DNA of 63,801 nt, filler included, from Octopus bimaculoides (taxonomy: Eukaryota), in NCBI RefSeq assembly GCF_001194135.2. It is 5 parts of 5 records of this genome, joined end to end, with 100 filler letters (N's around TTAATTAATTAA, not from the genome) between each part and the next. Parts side by side here need not be neighbours in the genome. Positions count along the whole stretch, not along the records: positions 21,849 to 40,064 come from NC_069002.1; positions 40,165 to 54,473 come from NC_068982.1; 3 more parts are not named here. One strand, given 5' to 3'. The translations under genes were made by a program, and so were the position numbers. Below are positions 38,601 through 52,729 of this stretch, in pieces. Position 1 is the stretch's first letter. Each line of letters starts with the position of its first letter. The notes under the pieces were generated by a model, which saw only the letters and a list, made by a program, of their open reading frames with translations, searched no databases and was not told the origin of the DNA.

Positions 38601-39270
38601 TGGCTTGGGGTTATAAATGAGGACACTTGCCCCAGGAGCCACATGATGGGAAACCATCTGGAACCATGCAATATGACAGAAAAACTAGAAAATCAGAGAA
38701 ACAATGTGCTGAATTCATTATCCTTCAATGTGAACGAGACTCAACGTTGTTGAAATCATTATGATTAATTGTCAGATATACATACACTCTTCACAAGCAT
38801 TATGATCTCAAAATTGTTAGAAATATTTTCACGAAACATAAATACATATAAATACATATATATAGGTTTCAAATTTTGGCATATGACGAACAATTTCAGA
38901 AGAGAGGATAAGTTGATTAAATCGACCCCAGTGCTCAACTGGTAATTATTTCATTAACCCTGAAAAGATGAAAGCAAAGTCGATCTCGGCAGAATTTGAA
39001 CTCAGAACATTAAGACAGACAAAATACTGCTAAGCATTTTGCCATGCTAACGATTCTGCTAACTTGCCACCTTTATATGTGTGTGTGTGTGTGTGTANNN
39101 NNNNNNNNNNNNNNNNNNNNNNNNNNNNNNNNNNNNNNNNNNNNNNNNNNNNNNNNNNNNNNNNNNNNNNNNNNNNNNNNNNNNNNNNNNNNNNNNNNNN
39201 NNNNNNNNNNNNNNNNNNNNNNNNNNNNNNNNNNNNNNNNNNNNNNNNNNNNNNNNNNNNNNNNNNNNNN

Positions 39271-39302
<32 letters not shown>

Positions 39303-40649
39303 TAGTTCTAGAATCTCTCTAAGAAATCAACGCAGTAGTTTTAATGACAGGTAATATTCATAGCCACTTTAACATGGCTGTCTGTTCACAAGTTCTGTAA
39401 TTTATAGAGAACCATGAAAAGAATTTCTTTTAATATTTTCTCTATTCAGGATAATAGGAACAAAATTAATTTATTTTTCTCTTTGATATTTAACACTCAT
39501 AGTTACATTGCTGGACTTTTTTTGGAGGATTATCTGTCGCATGTAAGTTGGAATTTCTCCTTGTGGACCAGGATCTTTTGTTACTTTGTTGATTTATTAA
39601 AATTATTTTCTGTTTTATTCAAATTGACCAAAAATTCACATATACGCACACACATGCGCATCTTTCATAAAATCTTATGAACTTTCGAAATATTAGTCCA
39701 AATGACTGAAATATGCATTATACTCTTTTACTTGTTTCAATCATTTGACTGTGGCCATGCTGGAGCACCGTCTTTAGTCGAGCAAATCGACCCCAGGACT
39801 TATTCTTTGGAAGCCTAGTACTTATTCTATCGGTCTCTTTTGCCGAACCGCTAAGTTACTGGGATGTAAATACACCATCATCGGTTTTGAAGCGAAGTTA
39901 GCGGGGGAACGAACACAGACACACAAACATACACACACACACACACACATATCTTCATCATCATCGTCGTTTAACGTCCGCTTTCCATACTAGCATGGAC
40001 TGGACGGTTTGACTGAAGACTGGTGAAACCAGATGGCTACACCAGGCTCCAATCTGATTTGGCANNNNNNNNNNNNNNNNNNNNNNNNNNNNNNNNNNNN
40101 NNNNNNNNTTAATTAATTAANNNNNNNNNNNNNNNNNNNNNNNNNNNNNNNNNNNNNNNNNNNNGAGGACTGGTGAAACCGGATGGCAACACCAGGCTCC
40201 AATCTAAATTTGGCAGAGTTTCTACAGCTGGATGCCCTTCCTAACGCCAACCACTCAGAGAGTGTAGTAGGTGCTTTTACGTGTCACCTATATATATATA
40301 TATATATATGTACCATAAATAATATATAATTATATGCATATATCCATACATATATGTACATACCGACATCTACATGCATACATACAAGCATATATGGGTA
40401 CAGGACATCACAAAAAACATTAAACACAATGAGAAATGAAAACATAAAGACGAGGACAGAAAACGAATTTTTTTTCGAACAATGAAAAAAACAAACATTG
40501 AAATGAGACATGCAACATAAAGAATATTACCCATCTTCAGTTGTCCCTGTTCCAACTACTCCGCGTTTCGAAGGCAAGGACAATACGCGACTTCGTTGGA
40601 GCAGTCCTTCCCGCAAATATACATACATACATACATACATTGAATGAGA

Positions 40650-41250
40650 GAACGAAGAAAATGCGACTCTTCTGGATGGTCTCCTTGTTTAAGTTGGTGA
40701 ATGCTGCCATAATCCTTACCTTCAATTCATCTTTGGTGTTACAAGGAGTTTTGTTGGTCTCTCGCTTAGCTGCATCCCACATATAATAATCAATGGGGTT
40801 GCAGTCTGGGGAGTTAGGTGGCCAGATATTAGGGATGATGTGGTTACAGAAATTGTCTGACAGCCATGACTGGGTTCTCGTGCTTGTGTGGCATGGTGCA
40901 GAGTCCTGTTGCGAGACATAAGATCTTCCAGAAGCCACCCTCTTCACCCAGGGCAGCACTACCTCCAGCTGGCACTTGATGTAGGCCTTTGTGTTCAGTC
41001 TGAGGCCATGTGGGAAGATGAACAGAGATACAACATCGCCATCACTAGTGATCACTCCAAACACTATGATGTTGACTGGATGCTTGATTTTTATCACTCT
41101 TGGTACATGTCCTCAGATTGCACTGTCCTCAGATTGCACTGACCTCAGATTGACACCCGAACACTCTGAAATGTTCGTATTGAAACTTCTGGTGAGAATG
41201 CCAAGCAGTCCTGCATCTCATTTCCAAATTTCTGGCTGAGTAAATTGTGT
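40650..41250 (-). mobile_element. maT-type (DD37D) Tc1/mariner-superfamily transposase fragment
   Basis: QQDSAPCHT...WPPNSPDCNPIDYYMW: 37 residues lie between the second and third catalytic Asp. Confidence 0.85.
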
Positions 41251-41383
41251 CATGGTACTGTTTTTCTCGCAGTCAACGTCCACCTGACCCTACTATACTG
41301 TGTAGTGAACAAAATCAAAACCAAACAATGTGCATATGCGAAATTAAAAATATATAATGGCGACAATTTACCCATCGCACCTT

Positions 41384-41418
<35 letters not shown>

Positions 41419-42111
41419 GCCTTCTTTCAGAGGCTGTCTTCCAAATCCACTCACAAGGCTTTGGTTGACTCGAGGCTATAGTAGAAGACACTTGCCCAAG
41501 GTACCATGCAGTGGGACTGAACCTGAAACCATGTGGTTGGGCAGCAGACTTCTTACCACACAACTACACCTGCAAAATATCATCAAGTAGCATATCAAAT
41601 TTTACATCAATATTCTGAATAATTAAGGCAACAAGCTGGCAGAATCGTTAGCACACAGGGGAAAATGCTTTAGTGGCATTTCATCCATCTCTACATTCTG
41701 AGTTCAAATTCCACTGAAGCCAACTTTACTTTGCATCCTTTCGGGGTCAATAAAATAAGTAACATTTGAGCATAGGAGGTCGATGTAGTCAACTTACACC
41801 TTCCTCTGAACTTGCTGGCCTTGCAGCCAAAATTTAAAACCAATATTTTAAATAATTAGAAGTAAATATTTTTAGGTGGGTGGGAACAATTTTCCAGGTC
41901 CCCATTACTAGTTAATTCTCAATCTGACCTTAGGTATTTTTTAGGACACCTCGGTCATGTATTTTTTGAGCAGACACATACATATGAATGATTATAGACA
42001 TACACACTCAACTACTTTATCTATCTATCCATCCATCCATCCATCCATCCATCCATCCATTTATCCATCCATCTGTCTATCCGTCCATCCATCCCTCTAT
42101 CTATCTATCTG

Positions 42112-42145
<34 letters not shown>

Positions 42146-42630
42146 CATCCATCCATCCATCCATCCATCTATATTTCTTTCTTTCTTTCTTTGTGAAAAG
42201 CACCTGTGCCAATGTTGTGTAAAAAGCACCCATACAGGTGCCATGTAATAGGCTCCTATGCCAGCACTGTGTAAATAGCATTCATGCTGGTGCCACTTAG
42301 TGAGCACCTGTGCTGGCACCATGTAAGAAACACCTGTGCTGATGCTATGTCTACAAACACTTGCTGGTGTCACATAAAAGGCACCCAGTACACTCTGTAA
42401 AGTGGTTGGCATTAGGAAGGACATCCAGCTATAGAAACCCTGCTGGAACAGACGACAGGGGCCTGGTGCATCCCTCCTGCTTGCCAGCTCCTTTCAAACT
42501 GTCCAACCCATGCCAGCATGGAAAACAGATGTTAAATCATGATGATGATATATATATGTTTATGTGTATATCGTGTATGTGTGTATATGTGTATACATAC
42601 ATAAATATATCATCATCGTCATCATCATCG

Positions 42631-42691
<61 letters not shown>

Positions 42692-42909
42692 TTAATGTCA
42701 ACTTTTCATGGTTTGACTGGAACTGGTAAGCCAGAGATCAGCACCAGTTTCCAGTCTGTTTTGGCTTGGTTTCTATGGGTGGATGCCTTTCCTAACGCCA
42801 ACCACTCCAAGAGTGCAATGGTTGCTTTTTATGTGCCACTAGCATGGGTGTCATTTACATGACACCAACAATGGCCATGACTATGATTTCATGGGTACCA
42901 TTTACATGA

Positions 42910-43620
42910 CATCAGCAACAACCTAATTTCTCAAGATTGGTATTTAGGCAGTGTGTTACATAGCCCAGTGCCCCAGTAATTACAGGTATAAACATGAACT
43001 TGTAATCTGGAGGGAGTAACTGCAGATTTCTGAATAGTTCAGCATAGGTGTTCTTTTTTTCACTGATCTTCAGCTTTATGTTAATATCCGCTGGGCAGCT
43101 AATTTCCACAACTGTGCACAGTTTCTCTTCTCTATCCCAAATCATTATAACTATTGTGCTTACATTTTATTGAGGTCTTCACTGGTACATTCCACTAGTA
43201 TTCCTTTTTAGTATGAGTGGCTATGGCTTCTACCATATTGTAGGTTGTTATTCTTTTGTTCTTGGGATTATCCTTCTGATGGATTTCATTATAGAGTGTC
43301 CTAGCTACAACATCATGTCTCATTGGTAGATAATACTGCAATGACATTTTCGGACAACTGCTTATGATGTGGGTGATATCTTCAGTGTGAATTCCACAAA
43401 GTCTGCATCAGTTGTCACACTTTACAGCTTTACCTGCATCTCTATACCTTTTGTGCATCAAGTACTTGGTTGATATTTCCTGTTCCTGGATTGCAAATGC
43501 ATACTCTTCGAAGTGGAAGGTAGTAATCCGGCTATTGGTCCATAGTAAACTGCTTTGATGATCGATGTTACTATCATCACAGAGCTTTCTAGTAACATAT
43601 CCATGTATAGTCTTCTGCTC
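42910..43620 (-). mobile_element. RLE-type LINE C-terminus (CCHC knuckle plus restriction-like endonuclease)
   Basis: AIQEQEISTKYL...KCDN...EDITHIISSC...RHDVVARTLY and IWDREEKLCTVVEISCPADINI...KKNTY...IPVITGALG. Confidence 0.85.
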
Positions 43621-44349
43621 ATGTAGGCTCGTCCTTTCATATGTATGTACGTACATATGTATGTATGTGGGTATGTATGTATGTATGTCTGTACATACAT
43701 ATGTACAATGTATGTATGTATGGATGGATGTATTGCTAATTAAATAGTAAAAAAAGTATACACACACAGAGATATATCTTGTTAATTTCTTGGATTCAAT
43801 CATTGGACTATGGATATGATGGTTGACAACTATATTCAATTACATTTAACTTCAGTCCTTGTCTTATCAAGTGGTACTTATCATTATTAAGTGGTACTTT
43901 TCATTATCTGTCTCAGAAGAATAAAGGGCAAAATGCACCAGGGATAATTTTGAACATGTTTTACAAATATATGCTTACAACTACGAAATGATGTTCAAGT
44001 GTGTTAATGTGTGTGTGTTGTGAAGGCACGTGGCTTAGTGGTTAGAGTATTTGGCTCGCAATTGTAAGGTTGTGAGTTTGATTCCCAGCGGTGCATTATT
44101 TTACGTAGCTCCAGTTCACTCAGCTACCAAACATGAGTGGTACCTGTAATTCAAAGGGCCAGCTTTGTCACATTCTGTGACATACTGAATCTCCCTGGGA
44201 ATTACGTTGAGGGTACATGTGTTTGTGGAGTGCTCAGCCACTCGCACGTTAATTTCACAAGCTGGTTGTTCTGTGGATCGGATCACTTGGAACTCTTGTC
44301 ATTGTAAGCGACAGAATGCCAGTTTGTGTGTGTGTGAGTGTATGCGTGC

Positions 44350-44380
<31 letters not shown>

Positions 44381-44903
44381 TGTCTGTGTGATAAATATCT
44401 ACAATTCTGTCTTCCATAGTGACATATTATCTTGCTCATAAACAAATGAGGGTTGGCAAGAGTAAAGGGCCAACAGCCATAAAAAAAAATCTATCTCAAC
44501 AGATATCATTTGACCCATGCAAGCATGGAAATATGGATGTTAAACAATGATGATGATATGTGAGTCCCTGTGCATATGAACAAGTATTCTGGTTGTTTAA
44601 ACAACAGAACTGCTGCACATTCAATTACAATGCAAGCAGCAGGGTATTCCATTGATATATATATCCTTAACATGATTCTCATGTGGCATCAGCTTGTCAC
44701 ACAATGTGACAAAGTTCACCTGTTGATTTACAGGCACAATTGATACAACATGCTTCCATGCATTTTCTGTCTATGCAATCTTGCTTACAAAGCATTAGTT
44801 GAGTCATGAATTTGACCCCACCAAGAGTCATCTTAGGCAAGTGTCATCATGTATGTATATATACATACATCTATCTATTTATCTATCTGTCTGTCTGTCT
44901 GTT

Positions 44904-45028
<125 letters not shown>

Positions 45029-45164
45029 CATATATATTTGTTTGTTTATAGTTTCCGCTTAGAGCTGCGGCCATGCTGATGCACCGCCGTGTAAATTTAT
45101 AAATATATATATAAATTTATATCTATATTTATGTAAGTATGTATGTATGTATATATCTATCTAT

Positions 45165-45947
45165 CTTTCAATCTGGCACTGTAAATGTAGGCACATTGAA
45201 AGGTAGGTCTAGTGAGATTGTAGAGTTGCTGAAACAGAGACGTGTTGATGTATGTTGCATACAAGAGGTAAGATGGAGAGGAGCTTCAGCCAGAGTCCTC
45301 ACAGGCAAAGCACATAGGTATAAACTCTTCTGGGAAGGTAACCCAGCAAAAACCAAAGTCTTAGTCAGTAGGAAGGCTGTCAAATCCCAAACCCCTTCAG
45401 GTAGATGGTCCTGCTTGATCTGTAGAAAAGGCATGGGTAGAAACTGCATACAATGTACCCGGTATAGGCTATGGACACATAAAAGGTGCAGCAATATCAA
45501 AGGAAGGTTAACTGGGATGATAGTTTTTGTGTGTGGCAGATGCACAAGGGCAATAAACACTGAAGATGTACAGAATATAGATTTCATCACATGCCAGGGG
45601 GAGAAACTAGAAGTAGTTAACAGCTTCTGCTACCTAGGCGACCAAGTCTGTAGTTGGGGGTGGTTGCTCTGAGAGAGTAGCAGCTAGAATAAGAATAGCT
45701 TGGGCAAAGTTCAGAGAGTTCCTACCTCTGCTGGTGACAAAGGATGAAAGGTAGACTGTATGATGCTTGTGTGTGAACTGCCATGCTACACGGCAGTGAA
45801 ACATGGGCCATAACTGCTGAGGAGATGCGTAGGCTTGAAAGAAATGAAGCTAATATGATACACTGGATGTATAATGTCAGTGTGCACACACGACAGTGTA
45901 AGTGCCCTGTGAGAAAAGTTGAGCATAAGAAGCTTCAAATGTGGTGT
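45165..45947 (+). mobile_element. RTE-clade LINE with a large internal deletion (APE N-terminus joined to post-RT PHD region)
   Basis: GTVNVGTLKGRSSEIVELLKQRRVDVCCIQEVRW (APE motifs) continues directly into AKTKVLVSRK...CLICRKG...HKRC...CGRC...YLGDQV. Confidence 0.85.
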
Positions 45948-46568
45948 GTAACTTGAAGAGTATCCAGCTGCCCCCCTCTAAATTTGCAACAAGCATTAAT
46001 CAGGCTCCTTGAATTGTTGTTGACTAAATGAAATTTCCGATGTCGACTATGGGCTCCCCAAAAATGCAGATTATTCAGATTTGAGTATACTGCACTGGGT
46101 TTTATCTTTGTTTAAGGCCATTTTCCGACGATAAAATATTGACACCACTTATGCATTATAAGTAGCGTATGTTATATCATGAAACCTTTTTGTCCAATCT
46201 GGCAGAGGAAATGAGAAGATAATTAAAATTTTTGTCGGCACCCTGTTGATGCTTCATGTTACCATCCTGTGCATCAGCAGTCCATGTGTGTGTGTGCAGT
46301 TGGGTAAAGTCACAACAAACCCATTCATCCATTCTCCAGAAGTGCTCTGTTGATGTTTCACGTTTCCAATCCTGTGCAACGCAGTATGTCTGCTTTCTAT
46401 GTCATCCATATCTGAACTATGTAATGCAAAATGTTCATACACAAAAACAAACTGCTGTTGTGACTCACAACCATTTGAGTTTGACCGCATGAGCACTTCT
46501 GGAAGCTCACCACCTGCAATTAGTCCCCCCCCTGTATTCTCTCCCCCGTTTAATTGGACGAGTAAATA

Positions 46569-47211
46569 CAGGGTGTCCCAGAATTAATGATGCTTGAGTG
46601 AAATTGGATGCTTTTTTTTTAAACTCACTTTTATCTATGTTTATCATGTTTAATATGTATTAAAACTGTATGAATTTTGAATCATCATCATCATCATCAT
46701 CATCGTTTAACGTCCGCTTTCCATGCTAGCATGGGTTGGACGATTTGACTGAGGACTGGTGAAACCGGATGGCAACACCAGGCTCCAGTCTGATTTGGCA
46801 GAGTTTCTACAGCTGGATGCCCTTCCTAACGCCAACCACTCAGAGAGTGTAGTGGGTGCTTTTATTGTTTATAATTTTATTTTCATTCCTGTTGGACCCC
46901 TTTTATTTGTCCATGGCAGCTTTTTCTCTATTTGGCAGCAATCATTTTGTTTACCTCCATCGCCCAAGATGGAGCAATTGTTTAGCTGAGTTTAGAGAAC
47001 ACATTCAGTTAGCAGTGCAAGAGCTAACTCCTGAAATGCTGGAGAGATTTGAAGTATGCAGTGATACAGACAGGTTGAAAAATTTCTATAAAAGTTTCAC
47101 GTAAGATTTATAAATCTATTTGTTTTGGTAATAAACACAAAATTCTGTCAGTTTTTTTTTTTAAATTTGCTCAATTTCATTGAAACAGATAGTAAATTTT
47201 GGAACGTGCTG
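46569..47211. mobile_element. Same TIR element in copy 2, interrupted by a LINE 3'-end insertion
   Basis: TA|cagggtgtcccagaattaa...ttttggaacgtgctg|TA; insertion at ~46684-46864. Confidence 0.75.
46684..46864 (-). mobile_element. Young RTE-LINE 3'-end insertion nested in the TIR element
   Basis: Nearly identical to 884-1050 and absent from the homologous site in copy 1. Confidence 0.85.
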
Positions 47212-47729
47212 TATGGTGTAGCGTTGTTAGTTGTTGTGTTGCTCGAGTAAATATTAAAATCAAAGTCTTCTCGCCGTAAACATCCCATCTTTTTGTTAAG
47301 CACATTGTATCAAGGAATATATTATCCAAAATGTATCTCTTCTTTACAGACATGACTGTATGGTTGAGAAGCTTGCTTTCCAGCTATGAAGCCTTGGGTT
47401 TAGTCCCACTGTGTGGCATGTTGGGCAATTCTCTTTCATTACAGTTCCGTGCCGACCAAAGCCTTATGTATTAAATAATTGCCATTACTGTATCGGTATA
47501 TGAAATAACACATACAACTCACTTATTATTGTCATATAATAATGAAACAGAAGTTCCTGTATGAAATTGATCTTTTTTCTGCTTCAATTATTACATGTTT
47601 TTTTCTAATAAAATACACACATACAGGAGTAAATCTATATATATAATAATGCTTTGCATGTGGCTCCCAAGAAAGAGTAAAATTAATTACTTGATCAATG
47701 ACAGATATCACTGGTAGTATATATACATA

Positions 47730-47793
<64 letters not shown>

Positions 47794-47954
47794 GGTGGAG
47801 GCATGGCTGTGTGGTAAGAAGCTTAATTCCTAGCCACATGGTCCTGGATTCATTCCCTCTGCGTAACACCCAGGGCAAATGTCTTCTACAATAGTCTCAG
47901 GCCAACTAAAATCTTGTGAATGGATTTGGTAGACAGAAACTGAAAGAAGTCTGT

Positions 47955-48007
<53 letters not shown>

Positions 48008-48240
48008 NNNNNNNNNNNNNNNNNNNNNNNNNNNNNNNNNNNNNNNNNNNNNNNNNNNNNNNNNNNNNNNNNNNNNNNNNNNNNNNNNNNNNNNNNNNNN
48101 NNNNNNNNNNNNNNNNNNNNNNNNNNNNNNNNNNNNNNNNNNNNNNNNNNNNNNNNNNNNNNNNNNNNNNNNNNNNNNNNNNNNNNNNNNNNNNNNNNNN
48201 NNNNNNNNNNNNNNNNNNNNNNNNNNNNNNNNNNNNNNNN

Positions 48241-48285
<45 letters not shown>

Positions 48286-48471
48286 CACACAGACACACGC
48301 TCACACATATTTGGAGTTACATATGGGTATATACAGGTCGAAATATCTTAATATCTTATCAGGAAAGATACAACTACTATTAAATCTTTACATTAGATTA
48401 TTCACTTAATCAATGAGACATGCATATACTTGCACTCAATCACACAAATGTACACATACACACACACACAC

Positions 48472-48515
<44 letters not shown>

Positions 48516-49647
48516 ACACCTTGCTTTTGGATCACAATCGGAAAGTGAACCTGTCTTATCATCTGCAGGAAAGTCCCAAGGCCAACAACTTTACAGAATG
48601 TACTGGGTGCTTTTTATGTGGCACCAGCACCAGTGAGGTAACTGGGTAACTTGCAAGATAAAGACCCCTCAACTGAGATATGGTGACTAGTATTGAGGAA
48701 GGTGACTTTGTGCTAGTTGAAAACAGGTGTCTTGGTAGAGAGGAGATACATGGCTATCTCAGTTGGAAAAAAAAGGTGAAAGCAGTTGGCATTAGGTGGG
48801 GCCAGCCACTACACTCTTGGAGTGGTTGGTGTTCGGAAGGGCATCCAGCTCTAGAAACCTTGCCAGATTAGACTGAAGCCTTCTGGCTTGCCTCAGTCAG
48901 TGTGTATGTGTGTGTCCTTATGTATCTGTCTAGTTGTCTGCTGCTTATATATCTGCCTGTTTGTCTACTGTAAGTTGTTTTTTAAATAACCAGATTTGAA
49001 CTCTCTGCAATCATCACTTACAACACATTTTTATTGTTTGAAATGGTGAACTGTACTGTCCACTATCTATTTTTACTGCAGCATTGGTTATAGCATTATA
49101 TATGTATTATATATATNNNNNNNNNNATCCTTGACTCACCAGCCAACTAAGGAACCGGTCATCTGTGAAACTCTAAAATATCAAGAATACATCACTTTAA
49201 TAATTGATAATGTTGGTGTTGATAACGATGTTGCCACTGCTGTTGCTATTTTAATCACTGTAGCTGCTGCTGCTGCTTTATAAGCCACTATAAATATCAG
49301 TCCTACCACCATTACTCCCAGTTGCACATCTACCTCCATTGGTCTATTTAGATCATGCTGACCTGTGAAAAGAATTGACTGAATACAATGAAAGCAATCC
49401 AGAAACTTAACATAGCTGTTATGGTTTTGTTTCCTGTTGGACAAACCTGAATGTTAAGGTGTTAAGTGAGTTGTAAAGTGGTCGAATTTTTGTTTTTATC
49501 CTACCTTTTGTTCATGTTTGATGATTACGTGTTTTGCAAAAACATTTTTTACAACAAACCACATATAAAATACACATACATAAATGCATTATGTGCACAT
49601 ATATGCTTGTGCATATGCATACAATCCTACATGGCAGCTGCATTGAT

Positions 49648-50023
49648 TGCCCTGGGGACCGTATCAGGATAATTACCCCCCCCCCCCATAGAACAATTCC
49701 TCCCCAATAACAACTACCCCCTTGGACAATTACGCTCCTTGGTTAATTACTCCTTCTTTAATATATTAAGAAGTTTTAAATCATCATCTGTTGTTCTCAG
49801 GGGTAATTGTCCTTGCGGGGTTATTGTCCATGGGAGGTAAATGCCCTAGACTCCTGGGGACAGCAGAATCATCAAAAATAAAAGAGAAAAAACATGAGAA
49901 ATGAAGCTCTGAAGATAGAAATCAAAAAGTTATAGTCAATGAAAAAGGTATATGTTGTGTCAAAGCTTCATTTCTTATCCTTTTTTCTCCTTCATTTTTG
50001 GTGATTCTGCTGTCCCAGGGCAA
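49648..50023. mobile_element. Host MITE with ~55-bp TIRs, split by the 49660-49852 insertion
   Basis: ttgccctggg(g)acagcagaatcatcaaaaat...gaaatgaagct versus agcttcatttc...atttttggtgattctgctgtcccagggcaa. Confidence 0.65.
49660..49852. mobile_element. MITE with inverted ggacaattacccc repeats
   Basis: Flanked by the direct repeat cctggggac (49651-49659 and 49853-49861). Confidence 0.65.
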
Positions 50024-50089
50024 GTAATGTCTATGATCAGGTATTATTTTCTTTCTTTGTCTACCAGTGCAGTATCTGCTCCACATCTC

Positions 50090-50660
50090 AAGAGAGCATC
50101 TGCCTCTGTATCTATTGTCTGAAACTTATTCCTCCCATGCAGTTTAGTTTTCAAAATCAATCTCAGCCTTCTGAAATGCTCTTAAAAGAATACCTTCTTC
50201 ATTTAGCTTTCCATCAATTTGCTTCTTCCTCATATGTCCAGAGACTTATATCCTTCCTTGTCTATTCTCTTTATAATCGCTTTTGAGGCCAATTTCATAC
50301 TGTCTACTTGGACTTAACCACTTCATAGAATCAACACATCGCACTTTTTCAGCCCAAATTCCATTCTAATGTTCATATTAATGAAATGTACTGTTTGAAC
50401 CAGAGAATATAGTTGGCTTTTATCTTTCCCATAAAGCTTCAGATCCTTCATAAAATGTCTATGATTGGTCATATTTTTCATTTCCTTGAACTCATTTCCA
50501 GCTTTTGTGTTTCTCAAAATCAGTCAGTGATATCATATGTAATACAAAAAGGAATGGTGACAAGCTATCTCCTTGGAAGATTCCACATTTTGTTTTTGTC
50601 AAAGCCTATGTTCTGTTTCCCCAGTTTAACCTTTAGCACACTGTAGGTGCATCATGTCAC
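50090..50660 (-). mobile_element. RLE-type LINE RT fragment
   Basis: TNHRHFMKDLKLYGKDKSQLYSLVQTVHFINMNIRMEFGLKKC. Confidence 0.8.
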
Positions 50661-51460
50661 TGAATGAGTTTTCTCCTCTGTACTAATAGGGCAGTGGCAG
50701 GGGAAACAATTCTAAAGAAAATGCAGTGTACTAAGGGCTGTTGTTGTTGTGGCTGCTGCTGTTGTTACTGTTGTTGTTTTTATTCCAAAAAAGAATTAGG
50801 TACTTATTAAAAAACAGCATAAAAATATTGAAGTTTAACAAATACTGTGTGAAAATGTCTTAACAATGCTCACAGATCCTAGAATTGCTATTTTCTAAAA
50901 CATTTCTATATCTATCAATGTCTTTAGAGAAGTGGTTGTATATCATTGAAATTATACCAGTTATAAATGGGATAGCAAACACACGTGTAAATATTTGCAA
51001 TTTAACACCTAATTTAGTGCAATACTTTAGCTTTTCAGTTTACATCTGTACAACATTATAGTCATTATATATATATTTTTTATGTCACTAATTAGTTAAT
51101 GTTTAGTCATGGAAAAATGATGTCAGACTTATTAAGTGTTATCTGGCAGTCTGTTTGTTTGCCAAAGCCATTATTGTTCTCCACAGAAAATGAAAGCCAG
51201 GGATTAGTGGAATCATTAAAGCATATTTGTTGCAGCTCTTTATGGCATTTGTCCTGGATTCAAATCTTGCCAAGGTCACTTTGCCCTTCAACCTTTTGAG
51301 GTTGATTAAGTAAAGTACTTGTCATGAACTGGGGTTGATGGTATTGACTGACCCCAGCCCTCAAAATTGTTGGTTTTGTACCAACATTAGAAACAATTTT
51401 TTTTCCAGTATTGTTCTTCTTTAGTGTTTAGGGATAAATAAAGTATTACTATTAAGGTTG

Positions 51461-52729
51461 GGGTTCAGACAAAACCTCTCCCTAGGACAAAACTCTCCCA
51501 AGACAAAACCCCTTAGGACAAAACTTCTCTTGGACAAAATCTCATGAGGACAAAAACCTCCAAGTTAAAATGCAAAAATAGGCAAAACCCTCTTGGTTAT
51601 ATTTTTGGTGAGGTGTACAATAAGCAGCCCATACTTTTTTTCCTTTTTACAGATTCTGATGTTTTTGGTAATAGAGATTCCAATTCTAGTAAAAAATTGG
51701 GCTACTTTTCTAAAATTCAGTTTTGATGATAACAATGATGATGATGAATGAGGTTGAGTTTATTGCTGTTATTGGTGGTAATTCTGGTTTTATTACTGGT
51801 CACAGCTTTGGCAGTGGTGGCGATGGCAGCAGTGATAATGGTGGTAACGATGGTGGTGATGATGGTGCTGGTGTTGACGACAACGACGACAACGATGATG
51901 AGGCCACTGCTGCTGTCGTGGACGCCGTCGCTGCTGCTGCCGACAACGATGAATGTTTTTGACTTGTAAAAACCATTTCTTGAAGTAAATGCTTTCCCTT
52001 TATGTTAGAATTAAGAAAATATGTACATAGAGTAGTAAAATCTCTTGCAGTCTATTACCTTATTCTATTTATCTTTTTTCCATTGAATATATTTTTGTAT
52101 ACTTTAAAATTAGAATTTTGGGAAATAAAAGTATTTTTCACAACAGCAATTTCTGATTTTGTTTACATGAAATTAAAAAAAAATTCTCAAGATTTGACTG
52201 TAATTTCTAGCATGTGGAAAGATCTAGGCTTAACTTCATGTACTTGTTGAAAATCACCTACGCATGCATAAACGAGTGAATGAGTTTCAAAACAATAAGA
52301 ATATTGGTGTGGATGTGTGTGTGCAGGGTGGGGAGGGGTGTCATTTTTTTTCTTTCTTTTTTTTTACATTGAAATTTAAAAAAAAATTTGTTTCAGAATC
52401 ATAATCTTTGTATTTTTCTATGCGGAATCTAAAAACAATTTTTGCAAAAAAGTGGAAAATGAAAAAAGAAGGTGGGAGGAAGAGTGGGGGTGGGGGATTT
52501 TTAATTTTGAAATGCTGATTTTTTGGCAGAATTGGAATCACTGTGACTGAAAATGTTAGAATCTGTGAAAAAGAAAAAAAAGGTGGGATGGGGTACTTAT
52601 TTACACTTCTGCCAAAAATATAACTGACACATTTTTCTTCATTTTTGCATTTTAACCTGGAGAGTTTTGTCTGAGAAGGTTTTGTCCTAAGGGTGTGTTT
52701 TGTCCTTGGGGTGTTTTGTCATACACTCG
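51461..52729. mobile_element. MULE/foldback-like non-autonomous element
   Basis: Subterminal ~16-17-bp ggacaaaacc repeats are inverted at the two ends. Flanked by ttaaggttg (51452-51460) and ttaaggctg (52730-52738), a 9-bp duplication with one mismatch. Confidence 0.65.

Larger units (their letters stand above)
45948..47714 (+). mobile_element. Helitron-like composite, copy 2 (5'-truncated, ends CTGG|T)
   Basis: Colinear inverted homologue of 5591-7298 with the same order of cargo modules. Confidence 0.55.

Noticed and set aside
39958-40290. Apparent tandem duplication of the LINE 3' UTR across a gap (similar case at 58087-58362)
   Set aside because: Overlapping sequence on both sides of spacer-containing gaps is most simply an unmerged contig overlap or haplotype difference.
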